DNA of 64,000 nucleotides, from the NCBI GenBank assembly GCA_043826565.1, contig JBDRPX010000007.1, forward strand, positions 9,412 through 73,411, given 5' to 3'. Below, in pieces: positions 29,444 through 39,349 of this stretch. The translations under genes and the position numbers were made by a program. The DNA is from Candidatus Omnitrophota bacterium (GTDB lineage Bacteria > Omnitrophota > Gorgyraeia > B26-G9). The number at the start of each line of letters is the position of its first letter. Position 1 is the first letter of the stretch. The notes under the pieces are model-generated. The model was not told the origin of the DNA, searched no databases, and saw only the letters and a list, made by a program, of their open reading frames with translations.

Positions 29444-30163
29444 ATGATTATTACACAAAACATTACAAAGTATTTTGGCGGATTCCAGGCCTTAAAAGAT
29501 GTTTCCTTTACTATTAATAAAGGAGAGATCGTTGGTTTTCTGGGTCAGAATGGGGCCGGCAAAACTACGCTTATGCGTATTTTAACGTCTTATCTGCCGG
29601 CGACCTCAGGGGAGGTTATTATTGGCGGGAAAAACATGGCTAAAGATTCTTTAGATGTCCGCAAAAAAATAGGATATTTGCCGGAAACTCCGCCGCTTTA
29701 CCCTGATATGACGGTAAAAGATTACCTTTTATTTGCGGCACAGTTGAAAGATGTTCCTCCTAAGCGACAATCTTTTCAGTTAGATAAAGTTTTAGAAGAC
29801 TGTAATCTTAATGATGTTCAGGGTAAAACTATTGCGATTCTTTCTAAAGGCTACAAGCAAAGGGTGGGCATTGCCCAGGCCATAATTAATGACCCGGAAG
29901 TGTTGATTTTAGATGAGCCGACGATTGGGCTTGATCCGGTGCAGATTCTTCAGGTGCGCAATCTTATTAAAAGTTTGGAGCATAAAAGAACTGTAATTTT
30001 ATGCACACATATACTTTCTGAGATTCAACAGATTGCAAAGCGGGTTTTAATTATTAAATCCGGAGAAATCATTGTTGATGGGAGTTTAAAGGACCTTTTA
30101 AACGGCAAGGGGGCGAATCTCGAGGAGATATTCTTGAAGTTGCATTCCGCGCGGGAGGATTAA
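29444..30163 (+). CDS. ABC transporter ATP-binding protein (GldA-like)
   Basis: GQNGAGKTT, LSKGYKQR, ILDEPT. Confidence 0.92.
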   Translation: MIITQNITKYFGGFQALKDVSFTINKGEIVGFLGQNGAGKTTLMRILTSYLPATSGEVIIGGKNMAKDSLDVRKKIGYLPETPPLYPDMTVKDYLLFAAQLKDVPPKRQSFQLDKVLEDCNLNDVQGKTIAILSKGYKQRVGIAQAIINDPEVLILDEPTIGLDPVQILQVRNLIKSLEHKRTVILCTHILSEIQQIAKRVLIIKSGEIIVDGSLKDLLNGKGANLEEIFLKLHSARED

Positions 30164-30168
30164 TAGTA

Positions 30169-30879
30169 ATGAGCAAGATTGTTGCGATCGCTAAAAAAGA
30201 ACTAAAAACATATTTTAAATCGCCAATTGCCTATATTGTGCTGATACTTACTATTTCTATCTTTAATATATTCTTTTTTCTGATTATTGATGAAAACAGA
30301 GAAGCCAGCTTGCGGGATGTATTTAAAGTTATGGAATTTTTGTTCATCTTTATTGTTCCGCTTTTAACTATGAAGATATTTGCCGAGGAGAAATCCCGCG
30401 GGACAATGGAATTTCTGATGACCACCCCCACAACAAATACAGCAATTGTCCTGGGTAAATATTTAGGCAGTTTAATATTTTTTACGCTTATTATCGGACT
30501 GACCTTGAGTTATTATTTTATTATTGAATTTTTTGGACAGCCCGGCCGCTTAACCATACTATCAGGATACTTGGGGGTTTGGCTGGAAGGGGCATTGTTT
30601 ATTGCTATTGGCATGTTGACTTCTTCCTGGACAAAGAATCAGATTATTGCGGCGATTAGTTCGTATGTGATTTTGTTTTTGCTGTTTTTCTCGATAACTT
30701 TTACAAAATATTTCAGTGGTAATGCGGAATCTTTAATTAGATATGTGGGCACTCAGAGCCATGCGGAGAATTTTATGGTGGGACTTGTGACCACTTCGGA
30801 TATGGTTTATTACTTAAGCGGGATATTTATTTGTATTATACTTACCAGAATAAGTATTGAAAATCGATTATGGCGATAA
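30169..30879 (+). CDS. ABC-2 permease (GldF-like)
   Basis: YFKSPIAY, EEKSRGTMEFLMT, NQIIAA. Confidence 0.88.
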   Translation: MSKIVAIAKKELKTYFKSPIAYIVLILTISIFNIFFFLIIDENREASLRDVFKVMEFLFIFIVPLLTMKIFAEEKSRGTMEFLMTTPTTNTAIVLGKYLGSLIFFTLIIGLTLSYYFIIEFFGQPGRLTILSGYLGVWLEGALFIAIGMLTSSWTKNQIIAAISSYVILFLLFFSITFTKYFSGNAESLIRYVGTQSHAENFMVGLVTTSDMVYYLSGIFICIILTRISIENRLWR

Positions 30880-32465
30880 ATAAAGAATATAAAAATCTTT
30901 GGGCACTGTTTGGCGCAGGGGCTGTTTGTCTTGGGTATGGCCTGGGACTTTCCTATATAGAGGATTGCTTCAGTAAGCTGACGATGATCGCCTCTTTAGC
31001 CGGTTTAGTTTGTCTTGGGGTTTGTTTTTTTAAATTAAAAAAACAAATGCATCGGCCGGTGAAATCTTTTTCCTGGCGAAAATGTGCTTTTAAAACGATT
31101 ATTATCGTCACCTTCCTGATTTTTGTTGTGGGGATCAACTATTTAAGTTATCGCAATAATTTGCGTTGGGATGTAACTAAATTCAAACAGCATACCTTAA
31201 CCGCAGGGACAATCGCTTTAATTAAAGAGATCAAGCCGGAAGTTAAAATCGTAGTTTTTTATGTGGGAATGCCGCCAAAATATCTGGAAGATCTTTTAAA
31301 AGGCTATGAAAGACAATCGCGGGGAATGATTAAAGGCGAAATTATTGATCCAATTGTGCAGATTGGTTACGCCGCGCAGTTTGGTAATGTTATAAGCGGA
31401 AATGAGAAAAAAGCTATTGTATCCTCGGGGCAGGAACGGCAGGATATTGATTTCACAGAACAACCTTTAAGTGAGGAACGATTAACGAACGCGATTATTG
31501 GCGTGACCCGGGAGAAACGGAAGGTTTTCTTTGTCGCCGGTCATGGAGAATATGATATTTTTGATAATGGAGATAAAGGATTAAGTGTTCTGAGGAAATT
31601 ATTAGAAGCTAATAATGTAGAAACAAATAAACTAATGCTGGGGATAAAAGGCGAGATCCCGGATGATTGTGATGTTCTTATTATTGCCGGCCCGCAAAAT
31701 CCCCTGACTGAAAAAGAAGAAGAGATCCTAAATGCCTATTTGGATAAAGGCGGAGATGCTTTGTTTTTAATTGAAAACATGCCTTTGACTACGCCGGATA
31801 AGCCGCTTACAGAAGAAGAAAAACGCAAAAATCCAACTTTAAACAGCATTTTTAGTAATTGGGGAGTAGAGATAGGTGATGATCTTGTGGTTGATTTGAG
31901 TAATCATATAAGCACAGATGTCGGTTGTCCGGCTACGCGTTATTATTTGCCGTATCCGGCAATTGTCAAAGGCCTGGATTATACTTTTTATGTACGGCCT
32001 CGTTCAATCTCAACTTTAAAGAATCGGCGTGAATCAATCAAATTAGGCCCGTTGGTTTTAACGTCCAGGGATGGAAACAGCTGGGGGGAGACAGACAGAA
32101 CACTGAATGTAAAGTTTGATGAGGGCGTGGATACTCCCGGCCCGGTGGCGATCGCTTTTATAGTTGTGGAGCCTAAAATAGAAAACAAATCTTCGGATAC
32201 AAGAATAATTATTTTCACAGATACAGATTTTTTATCTAATGCTTTTATCGGGCAATACAGCAACGGGGCAATGGGACTTAATGTTATCACCTGGATTTCG
32301 GAATTGGGTTACCAAGCTTTTGTTGACCAGAAGGAAATTAAAGTCGAACGGCTGGATTTAACTAGTAAACAAAAACGCATGGTTACGGTTATCCTTTTTT
32401 TGATGCCTGTTCTGATTGCTATAAGCGGTATAATGGTATGGGTTGGACAAAAGAATCGTATTTAA
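30870..32465 (+). CDS. GldG-family ABC auxiliary protein
   Basis: RWDVT..HTL, GHGE, IIAGP, YLDKGG, DTDFLSN, C-terminal TM. Confidence 0.85.
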   Translation: MAINKEYKNLWALFGAGAVCLGYGLGLSYIEDCFSKLTMIASLAGLVCLGVCFFKLKKQMHRPVKSFSWRKCAFKTIIIVTFLIFVVGINYLSYRNNLRWDVTKFKQHTLTAGTIALIKEIKPEVKIVVFYVGMPPKYLEDLLKGYERQSRGMIKGEIIDPIVQIGYAAQFGNVISGNEKKAIVSSGQERQDIDFTEQPLSEERLTNAIIGVTREKRKVFFVAGHGEYDIFDNGDKGLSVLRKLLEANNVETNKLMLGIKGEIPDDCDVLIIAGPQNPLTEKEEEILNAYLDKGGDALFLIENMPLTTPDKPLTEEEKRKNPTLNSIFSNWGVEIGDDLVVDLSNHISTDVGCPATRYYLPYPAIVKGLDYTFYVRPRSISTLKNRRESIKLGPLVLTSRDGNSWGETDRTLNVKFDEGVDTPGPVAIAFIVVEPKIENKSSDTRIIIFTDTDFLSNAFIGQYSNGAMGLNVITWISELGYQAFVDQKEIKVERLDLTSKQKRMVTVILFLMPVLIAISGIMVWVGQKNRI

Positions 32466-32568
32466 TAAAAAAGGGGTGTCGGATATCCATAATTAAAAAA
32501 TTTAAGGAATTTGCCGGAAACTCCGCCGCGCCATTACTAAATAGATTAATGAGGGGGGGTGTGTAAAT

Positions 32569-32643
32569 ATGTCATGCGGAGCTAAAAAATGCGGAGCAAA
32601 GAAAAAAACAGTGAAAAAAGCAGTTAAAGCAAAAAAGAAATAG
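32569..32643 (+). CDS. 24-aa Lys/Ala-rich peptide MSCGAKKCGAKKKTVKKAVKAKKK
   Basis: G-rich SD-like GAGGGGGGG upstream; histone-H1-tail-like composition; stop codon abuts the convergent gene. Confidence 0.55.
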   Translation: MSCGAKKCGAKKKTVKKAVKAKKK

Positions 32644-32644
32644 T

Positions 32645-33685
32645 TTATTTCTTTTGGATAATCTTTTTTAACTCCTGGGCCAGCAGGGTGTGGCCGGCTT
32701 CATTTAAGTGGCAGTAATCAATGAAAAAAATGCAGGGGCTATACCCGCCGCTGGCTGCTTTTGTCTGTTTAAACAATAATTCATCAATATTCAAAATAAC
32801 CAAGTTGTCCAGATTCCTTAAATCCTTTTCAATGATGTCCTGCAGGTTTGGGCTGATCGTGTGGCGTTGTTTGATCCAGAGGCGTTCTGTTTCTTTGCGG
32901 ATCATTTCTCGGGAAAGCCCGTCTATATCTAAATTGTAACCGGATTCTTCCCGGATAAGATTCCTGGCGTGAAAATAATTTATGGGAGGGATAACATAGA
33001 TAAAGGAAACTTTTGGGTTAGCCCGGATTATTGTCTTTAGCTCGTATAGGCGCATGTGAAAAACAAAACTTTGCAGAAGGATATCGTATTTACTGAGAGT
33101 GTTCCAGTCTTGAGCCCCGTGGTCCATCAAACCGGCGGGAATGTGCGCATAAGGATCATAGGTGCCGATCTTATCGACAATAAAATTAAAAAAATTATGT
33201 AATATATAAGAAAGATCACTTATCCCGCAGAATAATTTGGGAATATAATATGCCAGAGTATAGGATAATCGATTGGGATGATGTTTTCGGTTTAATCGTT
33301 CCAAATACTCATTATTTCCGGAAAAAACAATACATGTTTGGATATTGTTTAACCGGAGCGTTTCATATAAATAGTAGTTTACTTCGGAAAGCGGGATGCC
33401 TACTCCGGATTTATTCAAAATATTATATCCCGGGAACATAACCGCTAATTGTTCGGAATATCTATCCGCGAGATTTTTCAGGCACAAACCCTGTGAAGCA
33501 GAACCTCCCGCGCAAAAAATATCTATTTTTTTATTAAATTTTTCCGGCTGGTCAAAGTGCATGAAAGAGATATCTCTTAAAACATAGAATTTTTTTCCGC
33601 GGCCGATTGTAAAACGTAACAGGATTTCACAGATAATAAGGATGATAACAAGTATAAAATATAGGCGTTTTATTTTAGGATTCAT
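32645..33685 (-). CDS. SGNH/GDSL hydrolase family protein
   Basis: N-terminal TM, GGS block I, GNNE block III, DYCH block V. Confidence 0.7.
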   Translation of the reverse strand: MNPKIKRLYFILVIILIICEILLRFTIGRGKKFYVLRDISFMHFDQPEKFNKKIDIFCAGGSASQGLCLKNLADRYSEQLAVMFPGYNILNKSGVGIPLSEVNYYLYETLRLNNIQTCIVFSGNNEYLERLNRKHHPNRLSYTLAYYIPKLFCGISDLSYILHNFFNFIVDKIGTYDPYAHIPAGLMDHGAQDWNTLSKYDILLQSFVFHMRLYELKTIIRANPKVSFIYVIPPINYFHARNLIREESGYNLDIDGLSREMIRKETERLWIKQRHTISPNLQDIIEKDLRNLDNLVILNIDELLFKQTKAASGGYSPCIFFIDYCHLNEAGHTLLAQELKKIIQKK

Positions 33686-33901
33686 TTTTTGTTTCTTTTC
33701 CCTAATGCATTAAGACGGCAAACATTAGTATACTTTAAATCTGAATTTTGTCAATCTTCGCTGCTATTGTTCAAGGGGATTGACATATACGGCATAAAGG
33801 TATATCATATTAGCTAGAGTAAAGCAGTTGGATGTATATACTCAGATAGGTCAAGGATGGTCTGTTTATCCTTGGCCTTGTTTATTGTAAGGAGGTGTCC
33901 C

Positions 33902-34387
33902 ATGTTTAAAAAAAATGAATTAGTCATGCATCCTCGATATGGATTATGCAGTATCGCTGATTTTTTTTCCAACAAATATATTCTAAGGCCAAGGGCAAAA
34001 ACAATCGGAAGCCTGAAAATTTTTGTGGATCGGGAAAAGGTTGATTTAAACGGGATTCGATATCCTGTTTCGAAAAAAGGAATAACCCGAATTCTTAAGA
34101 TCCTGGGCAGTTCTCCCCGCGATATTTCCCGGGAAGCTAAGCACGGATATGCCGGGATTAAAGAAATAATGGGAGAAGGCCAGGCTTTTAAAGTTGCTGA
34201 AGTGGTGCGGGACCTTAGGTTTTTTAAAGGCGAGGGAAATTTTTCCGCAAGGATGAAAGCTGAGCTGCTGGAATCCGGCATCGGAATTCTTGTTTCGGAA
34301 ATTTCTCATGTAAAGGCAATCACTCAGCAGGAGGCGGTAGAATTAGTAGACAAAGCGCTTACACATTCTCTGCCGCATGCGAAGTAA
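33902..34387 (+). CDS. CarD-like transcriptional regulator (divergent)
   Basis: MFKKNELVMHPRYG, GIRYPVS, KVAEVVRDL, LVSEIS; SD AAGGAGGT. Confidence 0.75.
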   Translation: MFKKNELVMHPRYGLCSIADFFSNKYILRPRAKTIGSLKIFVDREKVDLNGIRYPVSKKGITRILKILGSSPRDISREAKHGYAGIKEIMGEGQAFKVAEVVRDLRFFKGEGNFSARMKAELLESGIGILVSEISHVKAITQQEAVELVDKALTHSLPHAK

Positions 34388-35315
34388 AATAAGGATCACG
34401 CAGGCTGTTTTTAAAAGCGTCCAGGCTTAGAGGAGATGAATTTACCCGCCAGTCTTTTTCCTTTATCGCGTTAAACCAGTAAAACGCGCCTATTTTTGTA
34501 TAAGCATTTTTAAGGCAGATAAACATATCCTGGATCCAGATGGATTTATTCCCTCCGAATTGGTTGTCTTTAGGCGTGGCGATTTCCGAGAGCATTATTT
34601 TTTTTTCGCCGAAAACTTCCGGATGGCCAGCTAAAATATGATAAATAGGATAAAATAAATCAGTAAAATTTTGATTATACGGCCATCCCGGCTTTCCGTC
34701 TTCTCCCCAGTTGTAACCATCGATGCCCAGCCAATCTACCTTGTCTTTTCCCGGGTAATAACTTTTCAGAGCATCAAGCCAGGCCGGATAATTCAAAGTT
34801 GACCAGACAAATTCCACATTATCCGCTTTTTCTTTTTTGAAAATTTCATGTACACGGTTCCAAGCCGGGACATATTTATCCGGCTGGTCCTGCCAGGGGT
34901 ACCATCCGGGGGTCTGCGGATTATTATCATGAATCATTTCATGGGCGAAGCGCAGCCGGATAGGATCTTTCCATCCGCGGCAATCCCGGGCAAATTTAGC
35001 AATATAAGCGTCGTGTTCTCCGGAAATAATACTGCTAAGGCTGTAGGAACTGTCATTAACCCCGCCTCTGCTCCAGGGTTCCCAGGTAATGTGCAGGTTT
35101 ATTCTGGTGTCATATCCGTCATGGTAGAGGACTTTTTTTAGATCAGCGGCGGGGAAATCTCCGTCGCTCCAGGCCCAGAAGAATAGTATGGATTTAAGAT
35201 GCCGGCCGATTAGCTGTTCATATGCGCGGATCTCCTCCGCGTTTGGCGGGCGTTGATTGGGATTAGCGACAAAAGCACCGATCTCACACTGGGTTGTTTT
35301 TATTGTTTTGTCCAT
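34359..35315 (-). CDS. GH26-family glycoside hydrolase
   Basis: ITWEPW, RFAHEM (acid/base), YYPG..VDWLGIDGYN, MLSE (nucleophile). Confidence 0.85.
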   Translation of the reverse strand: MDKTIKTTQCEIGAFVANPNQRPPNAEEIRAYEQLIGRHLKSILFFWAWSDGDFPAADLKKVLYHDGYDTRINLHITWEPWSRGGVNDSSYSLSSIISGEHDAYIAKFARDCRGWKDPIRLRFAHEMIHDNNPQTPGWYPWQDQPDKYVPAWNRVHEIFKKEKADNVEFVWSTLNYPAWLDALKSYYPGKDKVDWLGIDGYNWGEDGKPGWPYNQNFTDLFYPIYHILAGHPEVFGEKKIMLSEIATPKDNQFGGNKSIWIQDMFICLKNAYTKIGAFYWFNAIKEKDWRVNSSPLSLDAFKNSLRDPYFTSHAAENV

Positions 35316-35378
35316 ACTAGGATTTTAAATCTTTTCATGGCTTAAAGTCAAGAAAATCCGTGGTATAATACAAACATA

Positions 35379-36137
35379 ATGCAAAGATTAAAACTAGATG
35401 ATTTTGAAAGAAAACATTCACCGCTTAAGCTGTTGATCATATTAATAATGTCGATATTAATATGTGACTTAAGTGTAGGATGTTTATTCGTGGTCCTGCC
35501 CGCGGCAACTTCTTTAAAGAGAGTTTTTATCGAGTCATTTCTGCTGGTTGTCATATTATCGCCGGTGCTTTATCAGTTTATTTATCGGCCGCTGTCTATA
35601 CAGTTTGACAAATTAAAGAAGGCGGAAATAATCCAAAAAGAACTTGCTCTTATTGACGAGCTTACGGGATTATATAATCGAAGAGGTTTTCTGTCTTACG
35701 CAAACCATCGTTTGAAATTATCCAGCCGCACGCAGAAAGGGCTGATGCTTGTTTACGCGGACTTAGACGGCATGAAACAGATCAACGATCACTATGGGCA
35801 TGAGGATGGAGATAAAGCGCTTGAATGTATAGCAAAAGTACTTCAGCAGGCCTTCCGCAGTTCCGATGTTATTGGCCGAATCGGAGGCGATGAGTTCGCC
35901 ATTCTTTCTGTAGAGGCAAAAGCCGAAAGCGGGAATATCCTTCGTAAGCGGGTAAGGGAAAATCTCAAATTAGCCGTGCGTAATTCAGATTTTAAATATG
36001 CGCTTACAGTAAGCATCGGCATTCTATACTACGACCCGAAAAATCCTCAGACTATTGAAGAATTACTTAATAAAGCCGACGCGTTAATGTATGAAGAAAA
36101 GAGTTCTAAGGAGCATCCGTTTTATGGCAAAGCTTAA
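35379..36137 (+). CDS. Membrane-bound diguanylate cyclase
   Basis: Two TMs, DELTGLYNRR, RSSD I-site, GGDEF. Confidence 0.92.
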   Translation: MQRLKLDDFERKHSPLKLLIILIMSILICDLSVGCLFVVLPAATSLKRVFIESFLLVVILSPVLYQFIYRPLSIQFDKLKKAEIIQKELALIDELTGLYNRRGFLSYANHRLKLSSRTQKGLMLVYADLDGMKQINDHYGHEDGDKALECIAKVLQQAFRSSDVIGRIGGDEFAILSVEAKAESGNILRKRVRENLKLAVRNSDFKYALTVSIGILYYDPKNPQTIEELLNKADALMYEEKSSKEHPFYGKA

Positions 36138-36384
36138 ACTGGATCTGCACGAAATTTTTAATAAAGGCAAGTCAATTGACGCGGAACTTAACCGCGTGAT
36201 CAACGAAGCTGTGGATAAAGGCATAAAACTTGTGGAGATCATCCCGGGTAAAGGCAGCGGCCAGCTTAAAAAAAAAGTTCTGCGTTTCTTAGAACAAAAG
36301 CATATCAAAGCGCTTTACCATCGCATTGAAAAGGACAGTAAGAATTGGGGCCGGCTTTTTATTCATTTTAAAAAATCTATTTAA
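36124..36384 (+). CDS. Smr/MutS2 domain protein
   Basis: KLDLH, IIPGKGSGQLK, NWGR. Confidence 0.88.
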   Translation: MAKLKLDLHEIFNKGKSIDAELNRVINEAVDKGIKLVEIIPGKGSGQLKKKVLRFLEQKHIKALYHRIEKDSKNWGRLFIHFKKSI

Positions 36385-36442
36385 ATTGACGAATGGTTAT
36401 TAGTGGGATACAATAGCTAGGCATAGATAAAAGCATAAACGG

Positions 36443-36518
36443 AAAATTGAATGTTGATAGTTGAGAATTGTGTAATGTCAGTTACAATAATCAATTATCT
36501 ATTATCAATATTCATTTT
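36443..36518. repeat. Degenerate heptamer-based inverted repeat (AATTGAT-like / ATCAATT-like)
   Basis: AAAATTGAATGTTGATAGTTGAGAATTG pairs imperfectly with CAATTATCTATTATCAATATTCATTTT. Confidence 0.6.
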
Positions 36519-36531
36519 TTATTAAAAAAGG

Positions 36532-36873
36532 ATGGTTGAAATGGCAGAATTTAATTATAAACAAAACCGAACCAGAAGAACCTTCAAGCAGGAGGATTCT
36601 TCTCCGAGACACCAGGAAGAGACTGATGTCCCCGCGATGATTAAGAAAATGCAGCAGCAGCTGACTTTTTTAGAGAGGAAGATAGATATCCTGATCAGTC
36701 AGTCTTCATCAAGTCATTCCGCAAAACCTTTTTCCCGGCCGTTTTCCCGGCCTTCCCGCCCAGAGGGGAGTTCCGGACATTATGGGAGCAGAACACGCGA
36801 CGATAGCTCCCGGGAAAGAAGTTTTCATAAAGGGAAAAAGCCATTTCCTTCGAAAAGAACAGCGCGTTCTTAA
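36532..36873 (+). CDS. Hypothetical basic protein sharing the coiled-coil segment of the 11047 CxxC-x17-CxxC protein
   Basis: DVPAMIKKMQQQLTFLERKIDILIS vs DIIGLLTVLVQKLTSFEAKLDMVLS; Ser/Arg-rich tail. Confidence 0.65.
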   Translation: MVEMAEFNYKQNRTRRTFKQEDSSPRHQEETDVPAMIKKMQQQLTFLERKIDILISQSSSSHSAKPFSRPFSRPSRPEGSSGHYGSRTRDDSSRERSFHKGKKPFPSKRTARS

Positions 36874-36879
36874 GCAGAT

Positions 36880-37111
36880 AATTCAAAAGTTAGAACTCAA
36901 AATTCAAAAGTGCAATTAAAAACTCAAAAGTTTAATTGTTTTTTAATAAATTCATATTTATAAAAGCTAAGGATGCTATTGTTAAAACATATATTTTCAA
37001 TTTTTCTATCGAACACAAAAAAATGTCTAAAAATAGTTTCCCGGCCTGACGGGATCGACAACTTTTTAATTTTGCCTTGCAGTTTTGACTTTTGCATTTT
37101 GAGTTTTGATT
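36880..37111. repeat. Heptameric tandem repeats (TCAAAAK-like) in inverted orientation around a ~130-bp spacer
   Basis: AATTCAAAAGTTAGAACTCAAAATTCAAAAG... at 36880-36932 and ...TTTTGACTTTTGCATTTTGAGTTTTGA at ~37060-37111. Confidence 0.7.
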
Positions 37112-37146
37112 TGGCAGAGTGTATTTAGAATACAGGAGCATATTAT

Positions 37147-39291
37147 ATGGATAATGAATCCATTATTAAATATATTAGTGAAGAATTAAATCAAAAAGCC
37201 TCTGACGTTAATAGTACGGTCAGCTTATTGGAAGAAGGCGCGACAATTCCGTTTATTTCCCGCTATCGCAAAGAAAAAACCGGCGGGCTTAATGAAATTG
37301 TGATCCGCTCTATTTTTGAAAGATGGGAATATTATAAAGAGCTCAAGAAAAGAAAAGAAACAATTATCAAGACCATCTCCGAGCAGGGCAAGTTAACCCC
37401 GGAATTAGAAAAGCAGATTCTGGAGTGTAAGGACAAAAATAAATTAGAAGATATTTACCTTCCCTTTAAACCGAAAAGAAGAACCCGGGCCATGATTGCT
37501 CGGGAAAAAGGCCTGGGTCCGCTGGCGGAAATTATGCTTAAGCAGATAATCGGCCAAGATTCTAAAGAGCAGATTGTCCAACCTTTTATAGATCCCGAAA
37601 AACAAGTCCTAACGTATGAGGATGCAGTTCAGGGCGCCGGCGATATCATTGCCGAGAAAATCGCCGATGACGCGTTTATCCGCGGCTGGGTGAGAAAACA
37701 GGTTCAGGATAAAGGGCTTTTACATTCTCAGGTAAAAAAGCAATGGGCGGAAAAAGAATCAAAATTTAAAAATTACTATGAATTTTCTGAAAGCTTGAAA
37801 AATTCTCCGTCGCACCGTGTTTTAGCTATCCGCCGCGGAGCGACAGAAGGAGTGTTGCTCTGGAAGATTGAAATTGAACAGGATTTATTTGTTAATTTTA
37901 TTAAAGCCCAAGTAATTAAAAATCCAAAATGTTTATTTAAAGATGAATTGGAAAACGCGGTGAGGGATAGTTTTACCCGGCTGATATTTTCTTCAATTGA
38001 ACGGGAAGTTTTTGTGCTGAAACTTGAGGAAGCGGAAAAGGAGGCGATTAATGTTTTCGCGGATAATTTACATAAACTTCTTTTAGCTGCTCCGGCCGGA
38101 AATAAAGTGATCATGGGTATTGACCCTGGTTTTAGGACCGGGTCTAAAGTAGTGGTAATTGATGTTAAAGGAGATTTTAAAGAATTTACCGTAATATATC
38201 CGCATGAAGAAAAACGAAAAATTCCGGCCGAAGAAATTGTGCGGGGGTTTATTAAAAAGTATAACGTTGAACTTATTGCTATCGGCAATGGTACAGCTTC
38301 TAAAGAAACTGATATTTTCATCCGGCAGTTAATCAAAAAACATAAACTTAAATTGCCTTCGGTTGTCGTCAGTGAAGCCGGGGCATCGGTGTACTCAGCA
38401 TCTGAAGTCGCGGCCCGGGAATTCCCGGATCAAGATGTTACGGTACGCGGGGCCATAAGTATTGCCCGCCGTCTGCAGGATCCTCTGGCGGAATTAGTTA
38501 AGATCGACCCCAAATCAATCGGAGTCGGACAGTATCAGCATGATGTAAATCAGTATGCCTTGAAAAACGCCTTAGATCTGACCGTAGAATCCTGTGTTAA
38601 TTATGTGGGGGTGGATTTAAATACCGCGTCTTGTGAATTGCTTTCGTTTGTTTCCGGCATTGGCCGGACAGTGGCGAAAAATATTGTGGATTTTCGCCGG
38701 GCAAAAGGACCGTTTAAAAGCCGCAAGGAATTATTAAAAGTGCCGAAACTCGGCCCAAAGGTTTTTGAGCAAAGCGCGGGCTTTTTAAGGGTGCGGGGTA
38801 ATTCCTATCCTTTAGATAATTCGGCAATTCATCCGGAAGCTTATCCGGTAGTGAAGAAAATGGCTCAGGATTATAATGTCAGCTTAGAAAAAATTATTGG
38901 TGATGAAAAACTGATTGAAAAGATAGAGATTGAAAAATATGTTACCGCAGATGTGGGGATTCCTACGCTTGAGGACATTCTTAAAGAATTAAAAAAGCCG
39001 GGCCGTGATCCGCGAAAAGAATTTAAAAGTATTATATTCTCAGATTCAATCAATACTATTGAGGATCTTTCTGTGGGGATGACTTTAGAGGGGAGCGTAA
39101 CCAATGTGACGAATTTTGGGGCTTTTGTGGATATCGGCGTGCATCAGGACGGACTGATCCATATTTCCCAATTAAGTGATAGTTTTGTGCGTAATCCCCA
39201 GGAAATTGTCTCGGTCGGTGATAAGGTGCGGGTAGAAGTATTAAAAGTAGAGATCCCGTTAAAAAGGATAGCATTAAAGAGACTTAAATAA
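37147..39291 (+). CDS. tex: RNA-binding transcriptional accessory protein Tex
   Basis: TIPFISRYRKEKTG, GIDPGFRTG, SEAGASVYSAS, IGVGQYQHD, C-terminal S1. Confidence 0.95.
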   Translation: MDNESIIKYISEELNQKASDVNSTVSLLEEGATIPFISRYRKEKTGGLNEIVIRSIFERWEYYKELKKRKETIIKTISEQGKLTPELEKQILECKDKNKLEDIYLPFKPKRRTRAMIAREKGLGPLAEIMLKQIIGQDSKEQIVQPFIDPEKQVLTYEDAVQGAGDIIAEKIADDAFIRGWVRKQVQDKGLLHSQVKKQWAEKESKFKNYYEFSESLKNSPSHRVLAIRRGATEGVLLWKIEIEQDLFVNFIKAQVIKNPKCLFKDELENAVRDSFTRLIFSSIEREVFVLKLEEAEKEAINVFADNLHKLLLAAPAGNKVIMGIDPGFRTGSKVVVIDVKGDFKEFTVIYPHEEKRKIPAEEIVRGFIKKYNVELIAIGNGTASKETDIFIRQLIKKHKLKLPSVVVSEAGASVYSASEVAAREFPDQDVTVRGAISIARRLQDPLAELVKIDPKSIGVGQYQHDVNQYALKNALDLTVESCVNYVGVDLNTASCELLSFVSGIGRTVAKNIVDFRRAKGPFKSRKELLKVPKLGPKVFEQSAGFLRVRGNSYPLDNSAIHPEAYPVVKKMAQDYNVSLEKIIGDEKLIEKIEIEKYVTADVGIPTLEDILKELKKPGRDPRKEFKSIIFSDSINTIEDLSVGMTLEGSVTNVTNFGAFVDIGVHQDGLIHISQLSDSFVRNPQEIVSVGDKVRVEVLKVEIPLKRIALKRLK

Positions 39292-39349
39292 AGAGTATTG
39301 CCTCTTTCATTTTTTTTGATACAATAATATCTAAACAGAGGAGGATAGC

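Noticed and set aside
29444-32465. Gliding motility system
   Set aside because: GldA/F/G-like ABC sets occur widely without gliding; no gldJ-N or spr genes here.
36443-37111. CRISPR array
   Set aside because: The repeats are degenerate 7-mers in inverted arrangement, with no 23-47-bp repeat-spacer periodicity and no cas genes.
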